Assembly: GCA_003158395.1 (NCBI GenBank) | Contig: PMIX01000238.1 | Span: 1 to 51,531, forward strand | DNA: 51,531 nt | Reading direction: 5' to 3' | Source of the DNA: Myxococcales bacterium | Lineage (GTDB): Bacteria; Myxococcota_A; Polyangia; Fen-1088 | Shown here: positions 1 through 11,521 of the stretch, piece after piece | Numbering within the stretch: the first letter of the stretch is position 1 | Layout of the letters: each line of letters begins with the position of its first letter | Notes under the pieces: model-generated | Seen by the model: only the letters and a program-made list of their open reading frames with translations | Databases searched by the model: none | Told to the model about the DNA's origin: nothing | Position numbers and translations under genes: made by a program

Positions 1-236
1 CTGCCACCGGTGCCAGTCGTGCCGGCCCCGCCGCCGCTGCCTGCTTTGGCGGTCGTTCCAGCCCCAGCGCTGCTGCCACCTGAGCCAGTCGTGCTGGCCC
101 CGCCGCTGCCGCCTGCTTTGGCAGTCGTTCCAGCTCCGCCACCACTGCCCCCGGTGCCGCCCGTGCTGGCGTTCTTGGCGCAGCCTATCGCGGTTGCGGA
201 AAGGCAAACCATGACCAACATGCCTAGTTTCTTCAT
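1..236 (-). CDS. Lipoprotein, N-terminal fragment; the gene runs off the left edge. Signal peptide plus Gly/Ser/Thr-rich linker.
   Basis: Not in the ORF track because there is no stop in the window. The reverse complement of 234-236 is ATG, preceded by AAGAAGGAGAGCAC (SD GGAG). Translation is MKKLGMLVMVCLSATAIGCAKNASTGGTGGSGGGAGTTAKAGGSGG..., with a lipobox (AIGC) followed by a low-complexity linker. The Pro-rich + strand ORF 10..522 is its antisense shadow. Confidence 0.55.
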   Translation of the reverse strand, partial: MKKLGMLVMVCLSATAIGCAKNASTGGTGGSGGGAGTTAKAGGSGGASTTGSGGSSAGAGTTAKAGSGGGAGTTGTGG

Positions 237-445
237 GTGCTCTCCTTCTTCAATGGAGCCCATTCGGGCCATCCATCCGGGGCGAAATTATGGTCGAATT
301 TTCCCGCTCGGCACTAATTCACGACAGCGCGCTGCGTTTTCCTCAGCCGCACCGGCGATCCTTGGATATGGCCGAGCAGATCCGACGGCACGAGACTCTC
401 TGCTTTCATTGCGCCATCACGGTCGCATCGACCCCATCGCTGTGC

Positions 446-1648
446 CTACATCCTGTAGTGCAAGAACCTCACACGCGGTGCGCCGGAGATCTCGTAGTAG
501 AACCCAAAATCGAAATCGATGAGGCCCGAGGCCTGTACCAACTGACGTGGGGGATTGGGAAATGGCTGAGCCTGCTTGAACGCCTCGGTGGCCGTGTCGT
601 CGAGAAAATCCACCCCGCAGGTCTGGGCCACCGAAACCTTGGCCAGGGATCCATCTGAGCGAAGTTGGATGTGGAGCTGCGTCAGACGGTCCTGCGCTCC
701 GTAGATGGCGCCCGTGGGGTCGCGGCGCCGGTATTCTTCGTCCGGCCTCCAATGGTTGCGTACCTGTTCTTTGACCCGGTTGAAGAAGGTCGCAAACTTC
801 CACCGCTTGGCATTGAGTGCCGTCTCTTCGCCCTCGTCGACGTCGCGCAGGTGGTCCTGGGTTCCGCTACCCACGGAGCGCGCGATTTCCTCTTCCGAGG
901 GAAGCAACGAAGCCAGACCCGGGCCGGGTGAGAGCAGAGGCCCGCCTTCGCGCGCCAGTGGCTCGATTCGACGTGGCCCACCGCCGCCGGGCGCAGCGAA
1001 CAGTCCCTCCGGATCCGAAGGTCCCGGGTACCGTTCGTCTGGCTCGCCAGGAGCCCTCTCGGGATCGCCCGGCGTCGACAAGGCACTCGGCCGCCTGTGC
1101 GCCGGTGTGCGCATGGCTAGGGCCCCCGCCGATCCTGGTGGCTTGGGCGAGCCCGCCTGTGGCTGTTCGGCCACCGCCGCCTGGTTGCGATCGCTGTCGC
1201 CGCGTGACCGCTGAAGTTCGTTGCGATCGAACTTGCCGTACTTGCGCGTTTCGTGCTCGACCGAGGAGTCGTATTCGGCGGCGAAGCGCGCGTTCTCGGG
1301 CCGTCTCTCTTCACGCGGCCGGGCCAGATCCACCACCTGCCCCGGGGCCTTGGTCGATTCCTCCTCCTTCTTCGCCTGCTCCTGTTTCGCCTTTTCCTCC
1401 AGGCGCTCCATGTCCGCGATAAGCTTCCTCGCCGTATCGTCGTCGACCGTGCTCACCGCGATGGGCTCGGCCGAGCCCTGGGCCGCGACCCGCTTCTGCG
1501 CCGCCACGATGTCGGCATCGCGCGGGGCCCAGATATGCAGCACGACCCCCGCGATCAGCAGGAGTTGCAGGTGGATGAGCACGGCCAATGCGGCCCATCG
1601 GCCGAGCGAGGAACCCTTCCGTCGCTGGGATGAATTGAAGGTGGCCAT
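446..1648 (-). CDS. TonB C-terminal domain protein (energy transducer TonB-like)
   Basis: 400-aa ORF with a single N-terminal TM helix (WAALAVLIHLQLLLIAGVVL) and a charged/Pro-rich spacer (EEKAKQEQAKKEEE, PG-rich runs). The C-terminal ~90 aa show a TonB_C-like pattern (GSLAKVSVAQTCGVDFLDDTATEAFKQAQPFPNPP). Confidence 0.7.
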   Translation of the reverse strand: MATFNSSQRRKGSSLGRWAALAVLIHLQLLLIAGVVLHIWAPRDADIVAAQKRVAAQGSAEPIAVSTVDDDTARKLIADMERLEEKAKQEQAKKEEESTKAPGQVVDLARPREERRPENARFAAEYDSSVEHETRKYGKFDRNELQRSRGDSDRNQAAVAEQPQAGSPKPPGSAGALAMRTPAHRRPSALSTPGDPERAPGEPDERYPGPSDPEGLFAAPGGGGPRRIEPLAREGGPLLSPGPGLASLLPSEEEIARSVGSGTQDHLRDVDEGEETALNAKRWKFATFFNRVKEQVRNHWRPDEEYRRRDPTGAIYGAQDRLTQLHIQLRSDGSLAKVSVAQTCGVDFLDDTATEAFKQAQPFPNPPRQLVQASGLIDFDFGFYYEISGAPRVRFLHYRM

Positions 1649-1686
1649 GGCGCCCGCCCTACACCCTTTAGTGTAGCTACTTTTTC

Positions 1687-3009
1687 TCAGGGTCCAACCG
1701 TCGACGCACCGCCGAGAACCACGGGATTCAGGAAAGGAATGCGCATCGACACCGATTGCCGGCGGCCGGTTGCAGGAAAAGGCGCAGCTCTGGTGACTGC
1801 GGCCAGGGCCTCGGCATCAAATTCCTCAAAGCCTGCGGATTTCAGCAGGTGAATCCGGTCTTCCAGGCGTCCATCCGGTCCAACCGTGAACGCGATGATG
1901 GTTTCCCCTTGTTCGAGCATGAGGGCCAACCTGCGCGGAAAATGCAGAGCGCGTGCGACGCGCCGTCGAATCTCGATTTCGTAGTGGACGCGCAGCTGTT
2001 CCGCGGCACTGCGCGAAGTCTCATCCCCGAAGGCCAGCGCATCATCGCCAGGCGGAGATGGCGCAACCCCGGTGGATACGCGATCAATGGCGCCTGGCTG
2101 CTCGCCCGGTCCTCGTCCTGCCGTGCCGTCGTGCGGGCCTGGCGCCGACGCGGCCGAAAGATCCATCAGACCAGGGTGCTTCTCGTCGGACGCGGCGCGC
2201 ACCCAGCGCGTGTCGCGCGCTAATCCGCGCTCAATCGTGTCGAAACTGCGCTCGCCGGCCTCGGCGTCAAGTGCACCCTCCCCGCGCGCGGGATCTCTGC
2301 CCGTCCTTCGATGCGGGGCTTGCACCGGATCACCGGCCGGCGCGCAGCCTTCGTCCTCGCCGTCCGTGAGCACCTCGACCGAGGACGCCTGTCTCTGGTC
2401 GGGAACGGCATGGTGTCTCGTGCGCGAGGAATCACCCATGCCAACCTCGTTCTCTCGACGCATCGCCTCGGGCGATGAAGCGACGCGGTCGGTCCGCTCT
2501 TGCTCGGGCCGATACCGGCTCGAACCATCGGTGAGACGCGCGTGCAGCGTGGAGGTGTCGCGCCGGAATGCGGGATCGCGCAGGCGTCCGGCGTTCTCGC
2601 CGCGATCTGGGGCAGAGGCCAGAATATCAGCCGCGATAGCGATTCGCGGCGCGAGGGACTTGCCCAACTCCTTGCCGCGGTCCACGGCAGCGTGGTCCTC
2701 GGTCGTCTGGGGCGCATCTTCTGCGGGGATGGCTGGGGAAACACCTGGCGCCAGCTCTACCCAGGTCCGGTCTTCAGGCGGAAGAAACCGACCAACGCTT
2801 GCCGCAGGTATGGGGATCGGGGACTCAGCTTTTGCAGGAAGCGCAGCGCTCCAACGGTGTACACCGACCAGCAGGCCAAGAAAGGCCGCATGCATGCCAC
2901 AGGAGACAGCGGTTGCCCGAAAGAAGGCGCCGTGGCGCTGAAGTCTCACGGCGCGCCGTCCACCCTGGATCCGCAGCACTTCATTCTCTAGAGTAGCACG
3001 TGCGCGCAA
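1687..3009 (-). CDS. TonB-family C-terminal domain protein (start uncertain)
   Basis: The C-terminus EIEIRRRVARALHFPRRLALMLEQGETIIAFTVGPDGRLEDRIHLLKSAGFEEFDAEALAAVTRAAPFP is TonB_C-like, and there is a TM segment MHAAFLGLLVGV. The maximal ORF overlaps the divergent ttcA start, so the real start is probably internal (GTG at 2949 or ATG at 2895). Confidence 0.6.
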   Translation of the reverse strand: MRARATLENEVLRIQGGRRAVRLQRHGAFFRATAVSCGMHAAFLGLLVGVHRWSAALPAKAESPIPIPAASVGRFLPPEDRTWVELAPGVSPAIPAEDAPQTTEDHAAVDRGKELGKSLAPRIAIAADILASAPDRGENAGRLRDPAFRRDTSTLHARLTDGSSRYRPEQERTDRVASSPEAMRRENEVGMGDSSRTRHHAVPDQRQASSVEVLTDGEDEGCAPAGDPVQAPHRRTGRDPARGEGALDAEAGERSFDTIERGLARDTRWVRAASDEKHPGLMDLSAASAPGPHDGTAGRGPGEQPGAIDRVSTGVAPSPPGDDALAFGDETSRSAAEQLRVHYEIEIRRRVARALHFPRRLALMLEQGETIIAFTVGPDGRLEDRIHLLKSAGFEEFDAEALAAVTRAAPFPATGRRQSVSMRIPFLNPVVLGGASTVGP

Positions 3010-3845
3010 TGAGCCGCCTCGTGCAACGTGTAAAGACTAGGCAACCTGCTAGCTGGGCGGCGCAGCTTGTCGAACGTGACCTTTTGCATGACGTGGGACG
3101 CGCCGTGGCGGACTTCGACCTCATCTCGGAGGGCGACCGGATCCTGGTTGCCGTTTCCGGCGGAAAAGACAGCTATTCTCTGCTCGCTCTGTTGGAAACG
3201 CTGCGCCGGCGGGCGCCCGTGCGCTTCGACCTTCTTGCCGTCCACCTCGACCAGGGCCAGCCGGGGCACGATCCCGCACCGCTTGCCGACTGGCTGCGTA
3301 CAAACGGCTTCGACCACCGCATTGTGCGTGAAGACACCTACTCAATCGTGGTCGACAAGGTCCCGGAAGGCCGCACCTACTGCTCAATGTGTGCGCGCCT
3401 GCGCCGCGGAATTCTCTACCGTCTGGCCAGCCAGTTTGAGTGCACAAAAATTGCGCTCGGCCATCACCGCGACGACGCTGTGGAGACGCTGCTGCTCAAC
3501 GTCTTCTTTGCGGGCAAGCTGGCCGCCATTCCTGCGCGCTTGGTCAGCGACGATGGCGCGTCCGTGGTGATTCGGCCGCTCATCTACTGCGCCGAAGAGA
3601 CCTTGACCCGCTTCGCCGAGAGCCGGCGCTTTCCCATCCTGCCCTGCAACCTGTGCGGCTCGCAGCCCGATGCCCAGCGCAAGCAGATGAAGGCCCTGCT
3701 GTCCCGACTGGAGTCGGAGCACCCCAATCTGCGCCAGACCATGCTGGCGGCGCTGGGCAATGTGAATCTGTCCCATCTGCTGGATCGCCAAGCAGGTAAG
3801 TTGATTCACGTCGGCTGCCGCCCGTCGCTGCGAACACGCAAATGA
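3000..3845 (+). CDS. ttcA: tRNA 2-thiocytidine(32) synthetase TtcA (PP-loop ATPase)
   Basis: PP-loop motif VAVSGGKDSYSLL. Cys pairs YCSMCARLRRG and PCNLCGSQ are typical of the TtcA family. Start is GTG 3000 or ATG 3009. Confidence 0.85.
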   Translation: MRAMSRLVQRVKTRQPASWAAQLVERDLLHDVGRAVADFDLISEGDRILVAVSGGKDSYSLLALLETLRRRAPVRFDLLAVHLDQGQPGHDPAPLADWLRTNGFDHRIVREDTYSIVVDKVPEGRTYCSMCARLRRGILYRLASQFECTKIALGHHRDDAVETLLLNVFFAGKLAAIPARLVSDDGASVVIRPLIYCAEETLTRFAESRRFPILPCNLCGSQPDAQRKQMKALLSRLESEHPNLRQTMLAALGNVNLSHLLDRQAGKLIHVGCRPSLRTRK

Positions 3846-4080
3846 GAGGGGAGGTCGGAGAGCCGAACCTGGTTGAGGCGACCGAAAGGGAGGCGGCCGA
3901 GAGAACTAAACTGATACATTTGAGATCAGCGTCCATCTACGCTTGGTTATGAAAGGTTTTCTTCGATCACAAGTCCACGCTGAAGGGGAGAAGAGCGCGC
4001 CATGAGTCTTTCCCGCTCCGGCGTCAGGATCCGCTATGATCTCAGCAGCCGTGTCACACACGCGAATGCAGGGATGGATC

Positions 4081-5280
4081 ATGAGAAGAAACTGGTCGAA
4101 GCTATGGCTGACTCTTTCACTCCTGCTCGCCACGGGATGCGGAGCACGGACGGCGCTAGATGTGGAGCCGGACCAATCGGCTAGCCCGGTCGGAGGTGGC
4201 GTCACTGCCCAGGGTGGCGGAGCAGGCGGCAGGACTGCAGGTTTCGGGGGCAGTCCTGGGGCAGGTGGGATGGGCGGTTTCACCTCCCGCGGAACGGGCG
4301 GGGCCATCGCATTCGGCGGGACCGTCCCCTTCGGCGGCACAGGCCGATTCGGCGGCTCGGGCGGCACCGCCTCTTTCGGCGGGACCGTGGTTGACGGCCG
4401 CGGTGGTGCTTCCACCTCCCGCGGCACAGGCGGAGCCGTCCCCTTCGGCGGCTCGATCGGCGGGACTGTCCCGTCTGGCGGCACCATAGTCGGCGGCCGC
4501 ACCGGCACGCCAGCGACCGGCGGGACCGTCCCCTTCGGCGGCTCGACCGGCGGGGCAACAACGGTCGGCGGCCGCGGCGGTACCGCTGGGTCGGGCGCCG
4601 TGGGTGGAACTGGGGCTGCGGGCAGCGGCGGGACGGGCGGGACCGCGTGTCAGGGGTTGGATCCCCTTCATGAAGAACTGATCGACGACATGAATGATGG
4701 TGATCGCTACATCCCCCAGGTCAACGGACGCGCCGGGGCCTGGAAAGACAGCGACGACGGCACTCCGGGCTCAACCATGTTCCCCAATCCAGCGGGACCG
4801 TTCACCATGACCGATACGGGCGATGCCTGTCGCAAGTACGCGGCCTACGTGTACGGTGGGCCATTTGTAGACACGGGCGCTACGTTTGGGTTCGGGATCG
4901 GCAGCCCGTACAATGCATCCGCGTACACAGGCATCAGTTTCTGGGCAAAGATTGACAGCGGCACATCGTTAGGAAGCTTGCGGGTCGCGTTCCCCGACAA
5001 GGACACACAGCCTGATGCGGGACTCTGCCAGGCGGGCGCCTCGGGTCCGACACAATGTTACGACCACTACGGCTATCGCGTCAGAAACCTCACCACCACG
5101 TGGACGAAGTACACCGTGCCTTTCAGTTCTCTCACTCAGGATGGATGGGGGCGCCTAGGAGCGGGCTTCGACCCGTCGACCCTCTACGAGGTGCAGTTCC
5201 AGATTCCGACAGACGCCACGTTCGGAATCTGGATCGACGACGTCGCATTCACGGGCTACTTCGGCCCAGCTTTCTTCTGA
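4081..5280 (+). CDS. Secreted lipoprotein: Gly-rich repeat linker plus C-terminal CBM11/CIA30-like beta-sandwich domain
   Basis: ATG 4081 (AGGGA 7 nt upstream) gives MRRNWSKLWLTLSLLLATGC, with a lipobox. About 150 aa of GGTVPFGG-type repeats follow. The C-terminal ~210 aa (ISFWAKIDSG...LRVAFPDKD...WTKYTVPFSSL...YEVQFQIP...FGIWIDDVAF) resemble carbohydrate-binding beta-sandwich modules. Confidence 0.65.
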   Translation: MRRNWSKLWLTLSLLLATGCGARTALDVEPDQSASPVGGGVTAQGGGAGGRTAGFGGSPGAGGMGGFTSRGTGGAIAFGGTVPFGGTGRFGGSGGTASFGGTVVDGRGGASTSRGTGGAVPFGGSIGGTVPSGGTIVGGRTGTPATGGTVPFGGSTGGATTVGGRGGTAGSGAVGGTGAAGSGGTGGTACQGLDPLHEELIDDMNDGDRYIPQVNGRAGAWKDSDDGTPGSTMFPNPAGPFTMTDTGDACRKYAAYVYGGPFVDTGATFGFGIGSPYNASAYTGISFWAKIDSGTSLGSLRVAFPDKDTQPDAGLCQAGASGPTQCYDHYGYRVRNLTTTWTKYTVPFSSLTQDGWGRLGAGFDPSTLYEVQFQIPTDATFGIWIDDVAFTGYFGPAFF

Positions 5281-5308
5281 CCTCCGCGTTCGGCGGTGGA
5301 CTGGCGAC

Positions 5309-7810
<2,502 letters not shown>

Positions 7811-7914
7811 GCGATCGCCACAGAAAACGGTCGCCGCAGGACGCTTGACAGGTCCCAGGGCGAAGACTAGTTTGGCGCCGCATTGACAACTGAATAGCGA
7901 CGCGGGCGCGGGGC

Positions 7915-8100
7915 CTCGACGGCCCCGCTGAAGAAGGGAAGCCGGTGCGCACTCAAGGGTGTTATCCCGGCGCGGTCCCGCCACTGTAAGTGGGAAGTCT
8001 TTTCCGATCACGGCCACTGGAGGACAACCTCTGGGAAGGCTGGAACAGGCGACGCGGCTCTGCCGCGAGACCCACGAGCCAGGAGACCTGCCCGAGTCAG
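7915..8100 (+). ncRNA. Cobalamin (B12) riboswitch
   Basis: Conserved core strings occur in the right order: AGGGAAGCCGGTG (7935-7947), CCCGCCACTGTAA (7977-7989), GCCACTGG (8013-8020), GGGAAGGC (8033-8040), and B12 box GAGCCAGGAGACCTGCCC (8076-8093). It lies directly upstream of a TonB-dependent receptor and a FecCD-type ABC importer. Boundaries are approximate. Confidence 0.8.
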
Positions 8101-8120
8101 CCACGATGCCTTCCCGAGGA

Positions 8121-8178
8121 GGAAGCGGGCGCCGAGATTGCAGCGACCGACCCCCGCTTCCGCCGACGGAACGGGGGT
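8121..8178 (+). promoter_or_regulatory. Putative riboswitch expression platform: two mutually exclusive helices, one covering the presumed RBS
   Basis: GGAAGCGGG (8121-8129) is the exact complement of CCCGCTTCC (8153-8161). ACCCCCG (8150-8156) is the exact complement of CGGGGGT (8172-8178). The latter lies 6 nt upstream of ATG 8184 and contains the only purine-rich RBS candidate. The two helices share nt 8153-8156. Confidence 0.35.
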
Positions 8179-8183
8179 TCTTC

Positions 8184-10274
8184 ATGTGGTCGAAAAGGGT
8201 GCTGGCCGGCGCGGAGATCGCCGATCGGACCCACAAGCACAGCTTTCGCTTTCCAGGCGCCGCGTTCGCGGCGGCGGTCCTGTGCATGGTGGAGGGCGCC
8301 GCGCAAGCAGCCGAACCAATCTACGAAACCGTGGTGGTGGCCGATGCCGAGCAGCGGGCGCGCCGGGAAGATGCGGCCTCGTCATCCGTAGTCACGGCCG
8401 CGCGCACCCCTCGCAGCGCGGAGGACCTACCCCAGCTTCTCTCCGAGTTTCCAGGCGTGTCGGTCACGCGCATGGGTGGGTTGGGCTCCATGGCCACGCT
8501 GTCGCTGCGCGGATCATCGGCCAACCAGGTCGAGGTGTACTTCGATGGTGTGCCGCTTTCAGCGGCCTCAGGCGGCGGCGTGGACATCGGACTCATTCCC
8601 GTGGTGGATCTCGAGTCGGTTGAGGTCTACCGAGGGATGAGCCCCATCGGGTTCGGCGCTTCAGCCATCGGCGGCATCGTGTCGCTGTCGAGCGCCGCAG
8701 CCACAGACTCCGGCGTGCGAGCCTACGCGGGCGGCGGCTCCTTTGACACTGGATTTGCGGGCGCGCAAGCGCGCTGGGCCGGCAAGAATCTGCGCGCGCT
8801 CGCCAGTGCAAACGGGCTCGGCTCAGTCGGCGACTTCAGCTATCGCAACGACAACGCCACGCCCTTCAACACCGGTGATGATTCTATCACTCGCCGCCAG
8901 AACAATGCCCTCCGGCAGATTGACGGTCTGGCCCATGTCGTCGGGCTGCTGCCTGGAAGTCGACAGATCTGGGGCACGGCCAGCTTTCTTCACCGCGATC
9001 AGGGCGTGCCAACTGCCGGCTCGGTGACCGCCAATGGGGCATCGCTTGGCACTGACCGGCTGCTCGCCACTGCGGCCTACGACTCGCACGAAGATCTCGG
9101 GCTGGGCAGTTCCCTGCGTGCCCAGCTCTACTCCGTTGCCATCTGGCAACGCCTCGACGATGCATACGGCGATTTGTCGGGTGGGGTACCCACCCAAACG
9201 CGTGATCTCTCCACCAGCTCGGGCGCCACACTCGCGGGATCGAAGCCTCTCGCCGGGTGGCTGAAGCTTTCCGCTGTTGTTACCGGCCGCTATGAACGCT
9301 TCGATCCTTCCAGCGCTCTGCCGGGCGCGGTTTCGATTCCACCTGGCTCGCGCGTCTTTGGTGCAGGTGGCGTGGAGACGCGCTTCGTGGCTCAAGCGCT
9401 GCGCCTGGCAGTGATACCGTCCGTGCGCTTGGAGCTAGCCAAGGACGAAATCACACGCCCGGAGCGCTATCGTCTGATGGGCACCGACGTCCAGCCCGCC
9501 ACCTATCGGCTGCCCAACGCGCGCCTGGCCTTTGTGCAGTGGGCGAGCGAGCACATCACCCTGCGCGCAAATCTCGGACGCTACGGCCGGTTGCCCTCGA
9601 TGATCGAGCGCTACGGCAATACTGGCCAGCTGCTGGGCAATCCCGACCTCGTGCCAGAAACCGGCACCAACGCGGACGTGGGCGCAAACTGGACCCGGGT
9701 GGGCGAGCGACTGCGGCTTCGCCTCGACGGCGCTTTGTTCGCCGCCTGGGCGCGCGACCTCATCACCTTCCGGCAGGTCGGGTCCTACATGCGGCCAGGC
9801 AACCTTGGTCGTGCGCGCATCCTGGGTGGGGAAACCTCGGTCACGATCGACTGGCGGCGCCGCTTCTGCTTCTTCGGACAAACCACCTTCACCGACGCAC
9901 GCGATGAGGAAGACGTCAGCGGAAGCACCGGCAAGCAGCTACCCAACCGGCCGCGCCTGCGCGCCTACGCGCGCCCCGAGCTGCGAGATCTCCCCTTGTC
10001 AGGGCGCTGGCGCTGGGGGCTATACGCCGACCTGGATGTGACCAGCGGCAACTACCTCGACTCGGCCAACCTGGTCGAGGTCAACCCGCGTGTGCTGTTC
10101 GGCGCGGGCGGCCAGATCAGCGAGCCCCACTGGGGGCTGCGCCTGGCCGCCAGCGCGTACAACTTGGCCAACACGCCTGTCGTCGACTTCACCGGCTATC
10201 CCCTGCCCGGCCGCTCTATCTTTCTCACCCTGCAATGGTCCAAGCCCGACCCAAACAAGGAGACCCTGGAATGA
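8184..10274 (+). CDS. TonB-dependent outer-membrane receptor (BtuB-like, by riboswitch context)
   Basis: ATG 8184 gives a signal peptide (FAAAVLCMVEGAAQA). Plug domain: LLSEFPGVSVTRMGGLGSMATLSLRGSSANQVEVYFDGVPL...VEVYRGMSPIGFGASAIGGIV. A long beta-barrel region follows. The track ORF start at 7959 would run through the riboswitch. Confidence 0.9.
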   Translation: MWSKRVLAGAEIADRTHKHSFRFPGAAFAAAVLCMVEGAAQAAEPIYETVVVADAEQRARREDAASSSVVTAARTPRSAEDLPQLLSEFPGVSVTRMGGLGSMATLSLRGSSANQVEVYFDGVPLSAASGGGVDIGLIPVVDLESVEVYRGMSPIGFGASAIGGIVSLSSAAATDSGVRAYAGGGSFDTGFAGAQARWAGKNLRALASANGLGSVGDFSYRNDNATPFNTGDDSITRRQNNALRQIDGLAHVVGLLPGSRQIWGTASFLHRDQGVPTAGSVTANGASLGTDRLLATAAYDSHEDLGLGSSLRAQLYSVAIWQRLDDAYGDLSGGVPTQTRDLSTSSGATLAGSKPLAGWLKLSAVVTGRYERFDPSSALPGAVSIPPGSRVFGAGGVETRFVAQALRLAVIPSVRLELAKDEITRPERYRLMGTDVQPATYRLPNARLAFVQWASEHITLRANLGRYGRLPSMIERYGNTGQLLGNPDLVPETGTNADVGANWTRVGERLRLRLDGALFAAWARDLITFRQVGSYMRPGNLGRARILGGETSVTIDWRRRFCFFGQTTFTDARDEEDVSGSTGKQLPNRPRLRAYARPELRDLPLSGRWRWGLYADLDVTSGNYLDSANLVEVNPRVLFGAGGQISEPHWGLRLAASAYNLANTPVVDFTGYPLPGRSIFLTLQWSKPDPNKETLE

Positions 10275-11518
10275 ACAACCGCCGGTTCGATCTTGCTTTC
10301 GCTCTCTTGCTGCCCGCGCTGTTCGGCTTGGCTTGCAGCAGCGCCAGCGTTGGCCCCGCGCCGGACGCTGCCGGCGCAGAGCCTGGCGGGCTGGCCGTCA
10401 TCCACAACAGCATTGACTTCACTTCGTCGCTGCTTTCGCTCGTCGATCCCGCGACGGCCACGCTGGTGCACGACAACTGCCTCAACTCGGGCAGCATGGC
10501 CCCGCAACTTTCACAAGCACTTTCCGGAGACGTCGTGTTGCCCAGCGCGCCTTTGCCCGGCCATCCACTGGTCCTTGTCGACCAGAAGAACAATGCTCTC
10601 GTGTGGGTGAATCCCGCCGACTGCACCGTGGTCCAGCAATTGAGCGTCAGCACGGGATTCGCCGCCAACCCGCACGACGTGGTGGCGATCGCACCTAACA
10701 AATTCTACGTCACTCGCTATTCGTCCAACCCCAACCCCACCGCTGACCCGTCGGATCTCGATGAAGGCGGTGACCTCTTGATCTTGGATCTCGATCTCGG
10801 CAAGGCCGTGGCCCGGATAGACCTTTCCCTCTACGCGACGGGTGGAGCCGGCACCAAGCCCAACCCCGACCGCGCCTGCGTTCTGGGAGGCAAGATCTAC
10901 GTCACGCTGAACAGCTTCAGCGCTGATCTGGTCAGCCAGGCCGGACCCGGCCGCGTGGTCGTCGTCGATCCAGTGACGGACAGGGTCAGCTCGTTCATCG
11001 ATTTGCCCGACTTCAAAGACTGCAGCGCCATCGTACCGGTGCCCGGGCGGGACGGCGCCCTGGCCGTGGCTTGCTGGGGATTCTTCGGTGATGGGGCCAA
11101 TCAGATCAACGGCTCGGGCGTGGCCCTGATCGACACATCGGTGTCCCCTGCCACCGTACAGCCCTTGATGGCCGCGGCGTTTGGCCGCCCGCTCTCATTC
11201 GCCGATCTCGCCGTGGTCAGCCCCACCCTCGCCTTTGCCGTCGTACCCGGCGATGTTTCGGGCTCGCCGCCTGATTCACTATGGCAGTTCGACTTCACCC
11301 GCGGCGTGCCGCAGAAAGTACTCGACGCCAGTAGTGCCTGGGTGCTGGGAGGTCTGGTCTTTGACCCGGCCACCCAACGGGTATTTCTGGGCGACGCCGA
11401 TCCGCAGTCGCCCAAGCTGCATGTATTTGATGTCAGTGTGTGGCCACCCACCGAGCTGGCCTCGCCGAAGAGCGATCCCGCCAAAGGCCTGTTGCCGCGC
11501 TATCTGGGACTGTATTGA
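10271..11518 (+). CDS. Lipoprotein of unknown function, probably beta-propeller-like, inside the B12-riboswitch operon
   Basis: ATG 10271 overlaps the receptor stop (ATGA). The signal MNNRRFDLAFALLLPALFGLAC carries a lipobox. Repetitive beta-strand-like segments (KFYVTRY, KIYVTLN, RVVVVDP, RVFLGDA, LHVFDV) suggest a propeller. No family was recognised with certainty. Confidence 0.6.
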   Translation: MNNRRFDLAFALLLPALFGLACSSASVGPAPDAAGAEPGGLAVIHNSIDFTSSLLSLVDPATATLVHDNCLNSGSMAPQLSQALSGDVVLPSAPLPGHPLVLVDQKNNALVWVNPADCTVVQQLSVSTGFAANPHDVVAIAPNKFYVTRYSSNPNPTADPSDLDEGGDLLILDLDLGKAVARIDLSLYATGGAGTKPNPDRACVLGGKIYVTLNSFSADLVSQAGPGRVVVVDPVTDRVSSFIDLPDFKDCSAIVPVPGRDGALAVACWGFFGDGANQINGSGVALIDTSVSPATVQPLMAAAFGRPLSFADLAVVSPTLAFAVVPGDVSGSPPDSLWQFDFTRGVPQKVLDASSAWVLGGLVFDPATQRVFLGDADPQSPKLHVFDVSVWPPTELASPKSDPAKGLLPRYLGLY

Positions 11519-11521
11519 TCC

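Noticed and set aside
10-522. 170-aa Pro/Ala/Leu-rich ORF on the + strand at the left edge
   Set aside because: It is the antisense shadow of a better-supported minus-strand lipoprotein gene, which has an ATG at 236, a strong SD and a lipobox. Its composition (PPLP/PAP runs) is simply the complement of Gly-rich codons.
4195-4650. Highly repetitive DNA that could be mistaken for a CRISPR or VNTR array; similar tracts occur at 1-180 and 18950-19330
   Set aside because: The repeats are in-frame, imperfect and without unique spacers. They encode Gly/Ser/Thr-rich linkers inside lipoprotein genes. No cas genes are present in the window.
7883-7888. Perfect TTGACA hexamer in the lon / riboswitch intergenic region
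   Set aside because: No acceptable -10 hexamer lies 16-19 nt downstream on the + strand, so it cannot be called a promoter from sequence alone.
7959-8183. 75-aa N-terminal extension of the TonB-dependent receptor ORF
   Set aside because: It would translate through the riboswitch core. A proper signal peptide starts at ATG 8184.
7811-8287. 160-aa N-terminal extension of the Lon ORF (track 5309..8287)
   Set aside because: The extension has no Lon similarity. It is Arg/Pro/Gly-rich and runs antisense through the cobalamin riboswitch and the receptor gene start. Lon homology begins right after Met at 7810/7786.
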